NCBI GenBank assembly: GCA_976551045.1
Contig: CDPCPM010000370.1
Span: forward strand, 1,054,001-1,118,000
From: Glaucostegus cemiculus
Lineage: Eukaryota
Direction: 5' to 3'
Length of the DNA: 64,000 nt
Shown one piece after another: positions 27,257-39,480 of this stretch. The notes under the pieces were generated by a model. The model was not told the origin of the DNA and ran no database searches. It saw nothing but the letters and a program-made list of their open reading frames with translations. Every line of letters starts with the position of its first letter. Position 1 is the first letter of the stretch. Made by a program: the position numbers and the translations under genes.

Positions 27257-27474
27257 TGAGCGAATGCAGTCAAAATGATTGCGATCTGGTTTCAGATCGA
27301 ATAGAAGTCACTCACAGTCTAAAATGGAACGAATGAAATTTATATATCAAAACAACAATGGGGAAGTGAATGAAATGGTTGCTGAGAATAGGGTCGTGCC
27401 AATTAACTATCAAAAAGATTTTAATTAAACTCAAGCACTTGAAATAAACGTGAAGCAAGAGTACGAGGAGTGGG

Positions 27475-29280
27475 AACATAGAACAGTACAGTACAGAAAT
27501 AGGCCGTTGAACCTGCGATTTCTGTGCTGACCACAATGATTATTTACCCTTATCCTATCTTTCTGCGCATGAGATACGTCTCTCCATGCACTGTCTGTTA
27601 AATGTGTCTTTCTATATTCCTTTTACTGTTTGCTGTGGTTTGTGCTTGTTCCATCTCTGCGGCAGCGGGTTTCAGGATCCTACCTCTCTCAGTGTAAAAT
27701 CTTGCCTCGCCAATCTCTTTTTAGTATTCCCCACTCATCTTCACTGTATGCCTTCTGGTGTTTCTAATTTCCACCAAAGGAGAGGACACTCTGAATAGCA
27801 ACCTTTCCAAGTCTCTGATCATTTTATATATTTGTATCAGATCGCTCTTCAGACTCCGACGCTCTGAAGAAAACAATCCGACTTTTTTCAGCCATTCCTT
27901 GCAGATAATGCTCTCTATCCAGCCAAAATCCTTCTCAATATTGTCTGCTCCACCCCACATCCGTCCATTGACGCAGCGACCTTAACTGCACACAATTTTG
28001 CATAAATAGACAATCAAGAGTTTTTACAGATACAACATGACTTCCTGACTCCGACACCCAATTTCCCGACCGATTAATTCAAACATGACGGACCCCTTTT
28101 TAACCGCGCTCTTTAACTCTTTTGACACATTCAGGTAGCTATAGACTTCCACCCCCAATCCCTCTTTGTATGAACTTTCGTCGGCCCTGACCTTTGCTCT
28201 ATATTTTCCTCCAACTTTCTGCTGTGTACCGACATAAAATCTGTCGGTACCAAACTCTCTCTGACATTTTACGGTCCATATTTCCAACAGAAATCTAATC
28301 CGCTGCATTCTTCAACAACTTCACTGTGTTCAAATCGGCCGATGCTTATATCAATAGACAATAGACAATAGGAGCAGGAGTAGTCCATTCGGCCCTTCGA
28401 GTCTGCTCCGTCATTTTGAGATCATGGCTGATCGTCAACACTCAATATCTCGTTCCTGCCTTGTCCCCATATCCCTTGATTCCCCTATCTATAAGAAACC
28501 TATCTAGCTCCTTCTTGAAAGTGCCCAGAGAATTGGCCTCCACTGCCCTCTGAGGCAGTGCGTTTCACAAACTCACAACCCTCTGGGAGAAGAAGTTTTT
28601 CCTCACCTCTGTCCTAAATGGCCTACCCCTTATTCTTAAATCATGCCCTCTGGTCCTGGACTTCCCCAACATCTGGAACATATTTCTGTCTCTATCTTGT
28701 CCATTCCCTTAACAATCATGTATGTTTCAATCAGATCCCCTCTCAATCTTCTCAATTCCAGCGTGTACAATCCCAGTCTATCCAACCTCTCTGCATAAGA
28801 CAGTCCCGACATCCCCTGTATTTATGTCATATGCAAACTCATAATCAGCACACCCTTGGAATGCAATCGAATTATTCAACGTGGATACCATGTGCCTTCA
28901 TTTTTTTTGGATCAGCCTGCCATGAAAAGCATTGTGGAATGCTTTACCAATCTGTACAATATCTGTTGCCCTGCACTCATCAATCCTCTTCGTTACCTCT
29001 TCAGAACTCCGAGAAAGTGTGTCAGACACGTTCTCCCTTGCGGACTATCCATCGTAAGTCAAGTACTTTCAAAACGCTGGTAGATAGAATACGTAAAAGT
29101 AATCTTTAATAATTTCCTACCCCTGTTGTAGGGGTCTACAATTTCATGGTTGTTGTTTTCGTCCTTCTGAAATAAAGGGAAAACATAGCGACACTACAGT
29201 CCTCTGGGACCTCGGCACAAGCTAAAAAGTGCACAAGGATCTCTGTCAAGTTCTTCAAGAGATGCGACGTCTCCTCTTTC
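27475..29280 (-). mobile_element. degraded CR1 LINE with a nested younger CR1 3' fragment (about 28350-28820)
   Basis: Minus-strand LKKVGLFSSERRSLKSDLIQIYKMIRDLER. The nested piece ends in a (CTATTGT) tail, seen as caatagacaatagacaata. Confidence 0.7.
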
Positions 29281-29327
29281 TGAATGTCATCATTCCCTTG
29301 AATATGAACTACCCGTGAATACCAGTG

Positions 29328-29329
<2 letters not shown>

Positions 29330-29403
<74 letters not shown>

Positions 29404-29464
29404 ACAGAGAAAGAGAGGGGGAGAGAGAGAGGGACGGAGGGAGAGAGAGAGGGACGGAGGGAGA
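29330..29464. repeat. (GA)n-rich microsatellite
   Basis: Long GA dinucleotide run with GGAC/GGAG interruptions. Confidence 0.95.
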
Positions 29465-32400
29465 ATGCAAATTCTGAAATTTACACTGCATTTGGCTAAT
29501 CCTGGATATCCATTGAACTGCAAGGAGAGACGTAACAGAGTTCGATGAAGTACTGACAGTCTGATAGAATGGGGAGACGGGTGGCAGATGGGAAATAAAG
29601 CTGAGAAATGGTGTGTCTTGTGTTCTGCTGTATTGATGGAGGTGAACCAATATGAACTGCTGATGACGAATTTTAGATGAATGCAATAAATAGAGAGAGG
29701 TTTATGTCTGAAGTTCTTTGCATTGGGAAGGACAATTAAAACCTTGTTTAAAAGATGCAAAGTTGTGGCATTTATAGACGGTGACACGGAGTGTAAGAAT
29801 AGGGAAGTCAAGACACCGTTTCTTCTACAACTGAATGTTATCTCATTTTTGTACGAAAACAGGCAGCACAAACGGTGCAAAAATCATCAGTTCGAAAATA
29901 GATGTGTGGAATATATCACTGAGAGACTCTTTGATTTCTATTTGCTATCCAGTCACCTGAAGTCTTAGTAAACTGCGGTTTAATTCGGGAAAACTGATTT
30001 CAGCACCCAGCAATTTTCCCTTTACTGTTAATAAACGTGCACACCCACATGATGACATGACCTGGAAATATGCAAACGCTGTAATTCACATCTCTTTGTA
30101 AATTGATGTCGTAATACAAGACAGAGGGACACACTGCGCTTTTAGCATCTGAAGGGTAACCGAATATGACGACGATTAATCAACCGTTTCCATAATTTAA
30201 TGACAAAATGCATCTTTTGAAATCATGACGGAATATTGGAAAATTCACAATCAGCCTACATCTATCCTTCAAATTCTGTCGTAGAGTCTAATACTTCACT
30301 CTTAACTCACAGTGTAACTGAAAGGAAACACCTGTGCATTCTATGCACATAAATTAATGACTGGTTTCCAGCCCACTGCTCAGACAGAGAAAGTTATCGT
30401 TGGTGAATAAGAACAAACAAGATTCAAATCTGCCCAGCAACATATCTCTCATACTGCCACCAGACGTTCTGATTGGTGTCATGGTGCATTATTGCAATTG
30501 AATTGTAAATTTTAGTAATTGTGATCGAATGGGCACTGAGCCGTTGGCACTGATTGGGATACTGTCCAGGCGACAATGGGTATCACAGATCCAGATGCTC
30601 TACTGAATCCGAGTTTGGACATGATTTGACAAAAAACGAGAATGGAGCTCAGATTCTGGGAAGGATTGGGAGTCAGACACCACATAGTCAGTGTCTCATC
30701 CAGATAAAGAAGTCTGAAAATATCTACTTTCAGTCGCCACCCGTATATTGACCATCAGTGAAGAGAACTCGAAGAGTGAAGGTCATTGGCTGAATGAAAG
30801 TCGTGAAATGCGAAAATATGAAAAGTGGCTGGAATGAACAGCTTGGTCTGGAGTGCATGTTCTTCAGCCAGACAACACAGATATTTTATTATCCTTGCAA
30901 TGGAGCTTGAGAGTGCCCCCAGTGTGACCTCCTGAATCATACATCAGTCAACCATTGCTGACTATGGACATTGACAGGAATGCTCCCTTCGTCCACATTC
31001 TGCCTTGAGCGTGTGCGTCGCACCGATCAATGCAAAAGATTCAATCCCATCTCACAAATATAAATCATGTTGTATGCTTAGTTTCCGTTGGTCGCTTGTC
31101 TGGTATACTTAATGGTATTTGTTTATTTTTATCACCTCTTCCGAAGGACAATCAAACACTTGTCATGCATGCCGTTCGTAGACATCAATATATTAAACAA
31201 TGAATTGAGTCAGTGGAGTGTCGAAGCAATAACAGAATACAGAGTAATGCATTACAGCGACAGAGAAGTGCATTGAACGCAGACAATAAAGTGCAAGATC
31301 AACACGAGGTAGATTGTGAGGTCAAGGGTCCACCTCGTCATATGAGGGAACCGTTCGATAGTCCTATCACAGATTCTATGACATTGTGAAATAAAATCAC
31401 TTTGATTGCTGCCAACAAAATTTCTTGGAAACATAATGAGCGTATGATCCAAACTAAGCTTTCTCATCATTTCCACTCCAATCACTCCGAGAGCATTGAC
31501 AGCCCTAGTGAGACGCACACTGTGTTCCTTCAAATAAGGAAACATTGATTACAGACAGAGCAAACGTCCTATCACTGACTTCCATTAACCTCTTTTAGGG
31601 AAGCGTAAGATTTCTTCGGATGCACCGTAATCCATTGATGTTGTACCATTAAATGGGCACCAGTAGCGCCTGTTCCATTAACAGTCCCCATCAAATACTC
31701 CAACGTCGGGGCAAACACATTCTGTTCAGAATGAGGATCCTACACGTGTCCTATACCATATCCACAAAATATGATATGGGGTTAATACTTCCAAGTGTGT
31801 CTTTCACAATATTTCCTCAAACATTCACGTGAATGGCATGCAGGAATAAAAAGCTACTTTTTCTATGCCCCGAGACAACATCCTGCCCCGGAGGAGAAGG
31901 GGTGCATAAAAAAGGGAGTAAACCTCAGTCTATACCGTCTCAACAAAAAAGCCAAGGGCAAATCGAACATGAGCCATTCAGAATATTGTTTTCGCTTGAT
32001 CATTGAATACATCCTTTATGAATTTATGCAAAACGTTTGCAGTATTCACCTATAAACTCTGCACAAGGCCTGAGATTCTTGCAGATAAATAGTTTCCTCA
32101 GTTATTAGCATCTGGCATTTGGGCAAAGACATTGCTGAGGCTCCTGACTGGTTGACCGATAAATAGGGGATACAGAAAGAACGGGGCAAACAAGACATCT
32201 CCAAGTACGTCCGTTCAGTGTGTTCGCATTACCCGTGAATATTGGTAATTTTGTCCAATATGAGATCGATATAATCCCCAGTATTTTTCCTAAGTTAACA
32301 GAAGAATTTTTGAAACACTGAGTTTTGGTGCCGGATGGGTTGAACATTTGTATCTTACTCTCTCTGATTCTGTTCTGCGTTGGTGGGCACAATTTTAGCC

Positions 32401-35400
32401 ATTTTCTGTCTTTTTGTGTTCTAACCTGCGGTTTCGATTTCCGAGATTATTCACATCATCGCCTCCGTGGCATACAGCTGTGCCCATGGCAGAGGTAAAC
32501 ACATCAATGAAATTCCTTCTGATCACCTCAATTGTCCAGAGGAGTTGTTTTAAAATTATTACCTGCTGTTGCAAAATGGGCTGAGCTTCCTTGGACGAAC
32601 AACAGATTTCGTTTTGTGCAAAAGGACAAGCTGTGATTTACCTCCATTGGGACAACGGGGGATATTGATAGGTCTGTTCTGCGAATTTCAAAATCAGTCC
32701 GACGGTTATCAATAGGATGCTGTCTACTGGATGCCCATTCACAGAAACCGTTGCACATTTGAATTCGGGAATTTCAATCCTCGCCCGAGGAGAATCGTCC
32801 AGACTGATGAAGCCTCGCATTTTAGTCATCGAAGATTTTATTACAAAGTGTTAACATTTGGAAAGCAACCCCCGAGTCGACAAACGGCCGATATCCTGAA
32901 GCATCATGCTGCCACTGAGGTGCCTTTTGAAACATGTCCATAACCAGAATGTCGTAACAAACTAGGCAGTTTGTTCAAGCTTCCATGAGCAATTTCATAT
33001 TTGCAACGAGGACAACTGTCGTCTAAATATTACCCATGACAAGGAACGACTGACAGAAGTGTGCATGTGAAAACGACGATTGTTCAGTGTAAACAACGGA
33101 GCAGACTAATCCAGGGCTCTGTCTCAGTATTACCTCCCACGGTTTAATTTAAAATAGGCTAAAGTTAATACAGCATGGCAACAGCACAGAATGAGTGCCT
33201 TTGACTGAACGTATCCCTGCCGATGTGACTGTAGGAGATCTTGTCATTGACTACATGAAATCTGCCCTTCGCTGAGTTATCACTTAAATTAGTATCTGTG
33301 ATGATTTTCATCACACTTCATGTTGTCAGTGTCATTACGTTAGTTGCCAAACCTGTTTCTGATAAATAGAGTTGTGGAACGAAACAAGACCCTGCAACTG
33401 TTGAAATTAAACCACACCTCAAGAGAGTTATCACTGCATTAACCACAATTTACAAATATCGTTTTATTCCTCTAGTTGCTGCCCCTATTTAGATTGCGTT
33501 TGCAAAATTGTCTCTGCATTAACCTGTATTAAACAAGGTGCAATTTATTTAAGTTACAAAGATCCTCTGTTTGTTAAACCTCACTGGACAATAGCCTTTG
33601 ATAATATTGTATTGTCTCCAGTTCTCTTTACATTAATATTACGAATTAATCATCTCTTTTATTATGTGATAGGTTTTCAAACGGATAGTGCAATTTCAGC
33701 AGGGAATGTGTCCAGTGTAACTTAAATTGAAATATTCTGGCATAAATAGCGTCATAATGAGCATTTAAAACCTTCAAACTGATTTTTATCCTTCCATCAC
33801 ATAAATATATGTCTATGAACTGTTGAATTCCGCAACATACCCTTTCTTTACTTCAGTTTTAATGAGCTGTTCATTCAACAATGTGTGATCTGCATCCGGC
33901 GAAATGTGGTATTGATTCAAGCCACCCAATTAATTGTCGATACTTCTTTTTTTTTTCTTTTAACAGTTGACTGGCCCGGTGTTCGCAGGACCAGAACTGA
34001 AGGGCGGATGACCGTGTTGTCTCACTGTTACACTTGACTTTTAACTCGACCTGCCATCAGTGTAAATAATGAAAGTGGTTATTTGTCAAACATCAGAAGG
34101 AAATAATGCCAATTGTTTACATACAGTGTGGCATCTGAACTGCAATCTCGTGCCTTTTTTTTATTCATGAAATTCCAGCAACGCACCAAATGATTCGAAG
34201 TGGAAACAACATGAAAATTCAGATTTTCCTTCTCCATGTGTTCAATTGTCAACTGAGGCACCACTGTTGATGTCATCTGATGTCGTGAACTGAATCGATT
34301 TACTTCAAACTTCTGTTGAAGAAATCATAACCTGTAATTTTAAAGCTAAATAGAAATAATACAATGTGTGTTGCAAGATTTTTCCAAATGTACTTCTTCA
34401 ACTGGTGAAGCACGTTTTCTATTCCATCGGTTCCAGAGCCCCTGTCATCTACAGAGGGCGATCCCCTTGGAAGATATGTTTACAGATTAGCAATTCGTCC
34501 ACCTTTATACATCATGCGCAGTTCAGTTAAAACTGGTCACAAACATGATTTCACCGTGTATTTCGAACCCCGTAACTGCCTTACTGTTCTGTCGATTTCA
34601 GGGAAAATATATCACCTCAAGTAACCTCAAATTGTTGATTCTATCTCATTCTCTGTCTCTCCAAACTGAAGGAGAAATTTAAGGAAATTGCTTGACAGAA
34701 AGCACAGAAGATAAGCGATATTCCAGCTCTCAAGGGAAGACCACCGAATTTTCTGTAATTCGTATCAAATGATTGACTTTAAGATTGATGCTATTTAATA
34801 GGGTAACTGATTTATTTCACATTGAAGACTAGCCTTACTCCAAAATCAAAGAAAAAAGTAACGATCTACGTGTTTTCCTTATTGTTGTTTTTCAAGGGTG
34901 GAATGTTTACTCAGATGTCATTGCGAATATATTTTTTAGTCGTTTCTATTCTCTGTGTCGCTTGAGCCATAAATATAGCTATGGACTGGAAGAGAACTCT
35001 CCCGGTCATTTTCATTTCCCGCGTGGAAACCATAACAAAAGAAAGGGCAGGTGGTTCCACGTTACTCAAAATTATCTGTTACTTCCCAGATGCAACAAGA
35101 CAAAAACTGTGCAGACCGCTCCATGCGAGATGTCCAAGGGCCCTTGGGGAATATCAGAAAGGCATAATTACTCCTGTTTTCGAATCCCCTCAAAATAAAG
35201 CCATCATTGTATTTCGCGTCAGAATAGTTCAGGCACATGCACATTGGATATGAAAGACTGAATGTCGTTTTCCTTTCAACGTGAAAAAAAAAATACAAAT
35301 CGTGCAATTTAAATAAATGTTCTGCTTTGTTATTTTGCACTGCTGCGCACATCTTCAAATTTCCAATATTATATTTCATGTGCCTCGGTCTTGTGCACTT

Positions 35401-35959
35401 TCTCAACAACTCTTTGTTTCCCTATGGCCTCCCTGTTCCCTTTTCCCACCTGACAGTCCATCTTTCATCTTTAACAGTGAACCACTTGCAGTATAGATAT
35501 TTAATTGCCCCAGCCACACGATTATGATTGTGAATACCGATGGAAAATACGGATCCCAATTGTCAACCCATTATTCACAGCCGGACAACCTGAACGTGTC
35601 TTCGCACTCTTTGCTCTGGGTACCTCCCTGCATTCTGTGGAAGAAATATGCCGTGATTAAGTGGTTCAGACAAAGGCTGAAAATCCCGACACCCACCTTT
35701 CGGATGAGGGAGAGCTTATAATATCCTCTCGAGTACCTGCCTGCACGGTCATGGGAGGGTCAGGTTTCTTTTGCCTCTAGACAAGGAACTAAGGGAACCT
35801 CCGGAAAAAATCGAACCACGTCCCAACATCGACAAACAACGAAGTATAGTATATATTAGATATGTATTTATTAGTCACATGTACAGCGAAAGACACAAGG
35901 AAATGCGTCTTTTTGCGTTACTTAGAATGTTATGGGGCCAAGATACCATGCCAACAGCT

Positions 35960-36115
35960 GCTAACCTGTACATCTCTGGAATGTGGGAGGTAACCAGAGC
36001 ACCGCGAGGAATCCCATGCAGACACACGGGGAGAACGTACAAGCTCCTTGTAGAGAGCGGCGGGAATTGACACGGGGTAGCTGGCGCTTTAATAGCGTGA
36101 CACGACAGCTCAGGA
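35960..36115 (-). mobile_element. V-SINE/HE1-like SINE upstream of NAR-TCR V1 (paralogs at about 44750-44905, 53820-53975, 62490-62650)
   Basis: tgtgggagg(a/t)aacc..gagcacc..gaggaa...ggggagaacgtacaa...gcggcgggaattga is the reverse complement of the elasmobranch V-SINE core and its tRNA-derived head. Confidence 0.75.
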
Positions 36116-36171
36116 AAGGTCTTTGTGCTTATTGCTGTAAAGGATCGCGGCAGCTTCCGCTGACAGCTCAA

Positions 36172-36365
36172 CTCCGCCCACACAGTCCACGTCAGAAGAA
36201 AGTGGGAGGGTCTTTCACATCGGACTCAAAGACCCGACACAGAAGCAGAACCATCAACTTCCCTCCTCAAGCCTGTCTGAAGTGACCCAGCCCAACTCTG
36301 AAGGAAAATCTGCGGAGCGGTCTCGACTCTGGGTTCGATCTTCCCCTAATGCAAACTATTTGCAC
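36172..36365 (+). promoter_or_regulatory. putative NAR-TCR V promoter (GC box, CRE-like CCACGTCA, inverted octamer-like pair)
   Basis: TCCGCCCA and CCACGTCAG are conserved in all four cassettes about 190-210 bp upstream of the ATG. ATGCAAAC/ATTTGCAY lies just upstream of the ATG. Confidence 0.5.
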
Positions 36366-36379
36366 CGGGAGAAAAAGAG

Positions 36380-36861
36380 ATGAAAATCTTTATGTTTTTC
36401 ACCATATGTATCTGTATACGGCGTGAGTACCGTCCATACACTCCCACACTACGCGAGTTTAATTGACATCTCCTTGAACCATATCAAATTTCAAACACTG
36501 ACCGGGATTCAGCAGCGTTGCGTGGTTAAGCTCTGACGCCTAATCACCTCTTTTTGTGTTTAATTTGCAGGCTCCTTCAGTCAGTCGGTGACCCAGAGTC
36601 CGCCAGCTATTAACGGGATGGAGTGTCAGTCTGTCACCATCACCTGCCGTTTCCATCCTGGTAGCAGTGGTACATACCGTTTTCAAACTGGACGGTTCCT
36701 CAGGCAGACCCAGCCCGGGTCAGAGCGGCAGCAGATCACCAGCGGAGGACGGTTTATTGCAAGGATCAGAAAAAATGAGATGACTTTCTCGTTAGAAATT
36801 CGGGATCTGAGAGTTGAAGACAGCGCCACCTATTACTGTCAAGCTGAGTATAGGTGGAAAT
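36380..36861 (+). CDS. NAR-TCR V segment 1 (leader 36380-36422, V exon 36571-36861)
   Basis: Leader MKIFMFFTICICIR with GT-AG phase-1 intron. QSVTQSP...ECQSVTITC...ITSGGRFI...FSLEIRDLRVEDSATYYCQA resembles IgNAR V, with a short C'-C'' region (no CDR2) and an extra FR1 Cys. Confidence 0.88.
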
Positions 36862-36899
36862 CACAGTGATGGACCTGGGCTTTCTGCGGTACAAAAACT
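36862..36899 (+). other. RSS of NAR-TCR V1 (22-bp spacer)
   Basis: CACAGTG, 22 bp, ACAAAAACT. Confidence 0.92.
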
Positions 36900-37254
36900 A
36901 TCACTGCAGATTATCCCACCAACAGATGAAGGAGCGAAGTGAATCTTCCGGGAAAAGCCCACGATCCCGCCTCATCTCGCCAGCCTCACAGTCTAGATTA
37001 TGAAATGATTGGATTTGTGGAGTACACACATTGTGTTTTCTCACTGCAGAGAGCGCGCCGAAGGCGCAGCGTTTCCTACCACTCATGTTAATGAACGGTG
37101 ACAGGGAATGAATAAACCCCTTTTCTTATTCTCAATTCCAGATGAAATCATGTTTCAAAAGATCTACTAGGAAACCGCAGTCGCTGAGAGACTTGCTCCT
37201 GCCGTCCCATCTCACCCAGTCTGCAGGGATTTGAAACTGACATGCCACACTGTG

Positions 37255-37269
37255 GACGATTGGAATGCA
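37255..37269 (+). other. NAR-TCR D segment 1 (15 bp, 12/12-type RSS)
   Basis: 5' CACTGTG (37248-54) with a weak GGGATTTGA nonamer 12-13 bp upstream. 3' CACAGTG, 12 bp, ACAAAATAA (37270-37297). Confidence 0.85.
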
Positions 37270-37673
37270 CACAGTGAAAGAGATCTGAACAAAATAATCC
37301 ATATTGTTAAAATATATCTACTCCCGGCCCAGACCGGGAATTAAATGTTTGCCGATATTCCCTGTCTCGTCTGATTACTTTCATTGTAATTCCCCGCTTT
37401 CAGTTTTTTTTTTAATTTGGCAAAACGTGTGATTCTTAATCTGTTTCTGTTTTTCTCTGCGCAATCGGGCGCCAGCATGCGCTCCAGCACCTGTATACAA
37501 AGAGTTTCTTTTCTCACAGGAACAGGTGGATTCACCGGGAATTGTAGAGCACTGTATCTTCTGTGTTATATTGAAGCCCTTGGAACCATTGGAAAGAGTT
37601 TGTTTATGTTTGCTGGAGAGCTTCGGGCGAGGGTGGTTCTTGTACCTCGGGGACTGAGAGCAGGAACAGTGTG

Positions 37674-37733
37674 ACTATGAATGGACTGCTCATAATAAGG
37701 ACGGAGAAGGAACGACTGTGACCGTCAAGGCCG
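37674..37733 (+). CDS. NAR-TCR J segment 1
   Basis: RSS GGTTCTTGT, 23 bp, CAGTGTG (37635-37673). Encodes YEWTAHNKDGEGTTVTVKA (IgNAR-like xGxGT motif) with a G|GTAAG phase-1 donor. Confidence 0.9.
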
Positions 37734-39116
37734 GTAAGTATCCACAAACATCGCCTTATCTCCTGCTGCTTCCTGGATTTCCAGTTCTATTTACTATGTG
37801 AAGCGATTGACAAAAATTTCCGTCAAAGTGAAACAGGCCCGATTTCGAAATGAGTTTCTGTAAAGTGGCCCATGGGAGACATAAGCAAAGGAAGCCACGT
37901 CTGTGAGTGTGCCGGGACAGAGTAGGTATGCAACACGCCGGGATATTGGGGCTGCTCATGAGCTATAAATTCTGGTGTTCCATCGATGACCACATCCATT
38001 AAAATTAAATATGAAAATACGAACAGGAGTACCCGATCGGTTTCAGACTGAGACGAGTCACGGTTCAATTCACAGGAAAGTGGAGGTGGATTTCAAGTAC
38101 CCTCGTAGTTGGTGTTGGGTGGAAAGGCAGAAGTACCGATATCAGGGTTGTTCACAGTGCAGCCAGATTGACTGGAGGTGTGGGGTGTACAGTGGGGTCA
38201 ATTATTTTATTTCTGCGGAATGCTCAAAATTTTCTGGATATTCCAACTCTGAGAGGGTAATTCTTTATTGTTTAAATGCTGCACAACGAGATCGACGTGG
38301 GTGATGCTCAGCTGTGAGTGAGTCTGATGACCCCTTTGAAAACTGCATATACTGACCCAACTGACAAGTAACAGGCTGCAGGAAAAGTTCGCTCCAAAAC
38401 AAAGTATGAACAGCAGACATGAGCAATCCATCGAAGATATTCGGAAGGTTAATCATACCAACTCATCTAATTGAAACGGAATTAAAATCACGTCCCTCTG
38501 ATGATCACTTTTAAGTGCAAAGAGCAGAGGTTTTCTAACGGGTGTGATAAATTGCTTTTAACGGTCAAACGCTGCAGCACGGGTCTTCATTGTTCGCTTT
38601 GCTCAATCGCCTCTGTTCAATCACATTGTTTTGTTCTGGAACTTACCATGCACTAAGCTACTACATTAAAAAAAAATGTTTCTGGAAAGATCGTCCATCA
38701 CTGAGAAGAAAACACTTTATTAACAATCTTTCCTCCTTTGTGTCCTTCGTCAAGAGACAGAATAACATCCGCTGAAAAATACTTTTCAGAAATTTACAGA
38801 ACAAAGAAAGTTAATTCAACCCTTGGTCAGGGTGGCGGCACTCTGAATCTCCCGCACGATCTTTCTTTGTTTCTTTCCATAGATTCGAAGCTTCTTCCAC
38901 ATTGTCGTCAATCATCGCAAATTGTCCCCATTTTCCCAGCGTCAGTGAGTTGCCCCGCAACAACTCGACAGAGTCATTGACAAGAGCGACAAATGTAGTT
39001 TGCAAACGTTTTTAAATTAATCGAACTAGGGTCAATATGGACTCCATTCTTCTGTGTTACGCTTTTCTAAAAATCATCTGTGAATCATCAACTCTCTCCC
39101 ATGTTAAATCCTCCAG

Positions 39117-39419
39117 ATTCCATTTCCCCGGGCAGACAGAGTCCTGCTCTACAATCTTCTGCTGGTGAAACCGTCACATTAATCTGCGAATATTCCGGGT
39201 TCTGTCCATATACGGTCCACTGGTATCGGCAGTTCCCAGGACAAGCACCGATTTTCCTGCTTCAGAGACACACTTCAGGAGAGCAGGATACGGAAAAGGC
39301 AGCGGGAGGACGAATTTCTGCGTCTCTTGATCCTGGCAAGAAAATCAGCCAGTTAACGATCTCCAAGGTGAAACCGAGTGACGCTGCTGTGTATCATTGT
39401 GCACTGACTTCGCGCACAG
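39117..39419 (+). CDS. NAR-TCR supporting TCR-delta V segment 1
   Basis: CTCCAG acceptor is in phase with J1. DSISP...TLICEYSGFCPYTVHWYRQFPG...DAAVYHCALTS has an extra CDR1 Cys. RSS CACACTG, 23 bp, TCAATAACC at 39420-39458. Confidence 0.9.
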
Positions 39420-39480
39420 CACACTGATACCAACCATGGAGAGAGCTATTCAATAACCCCAGTGTGGTTTCCTACAAGCA

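Noticed and set aside
29290-29880. 196-aa ORF with SLSLSL repeat
   Set aside because: Produced by the GA microsatellite and adjacent decayed LINE sequence.
32530-32950. VSVNGHPVDS peptide reminiscent of a Gypsy aspartic protease
   Set aside because: No intact D(S/T)G motif or LTRs are visible. It is too weak to call without a profile search.
37008-37080. Possible extra vestigial D between V and D (CATTGTG/CAGTGTG, 6 bp, CACTGCA)
   Set aside because: No correctly spaced nonamers on either side, and the element is partly deleted in cassettes 3 and 4.
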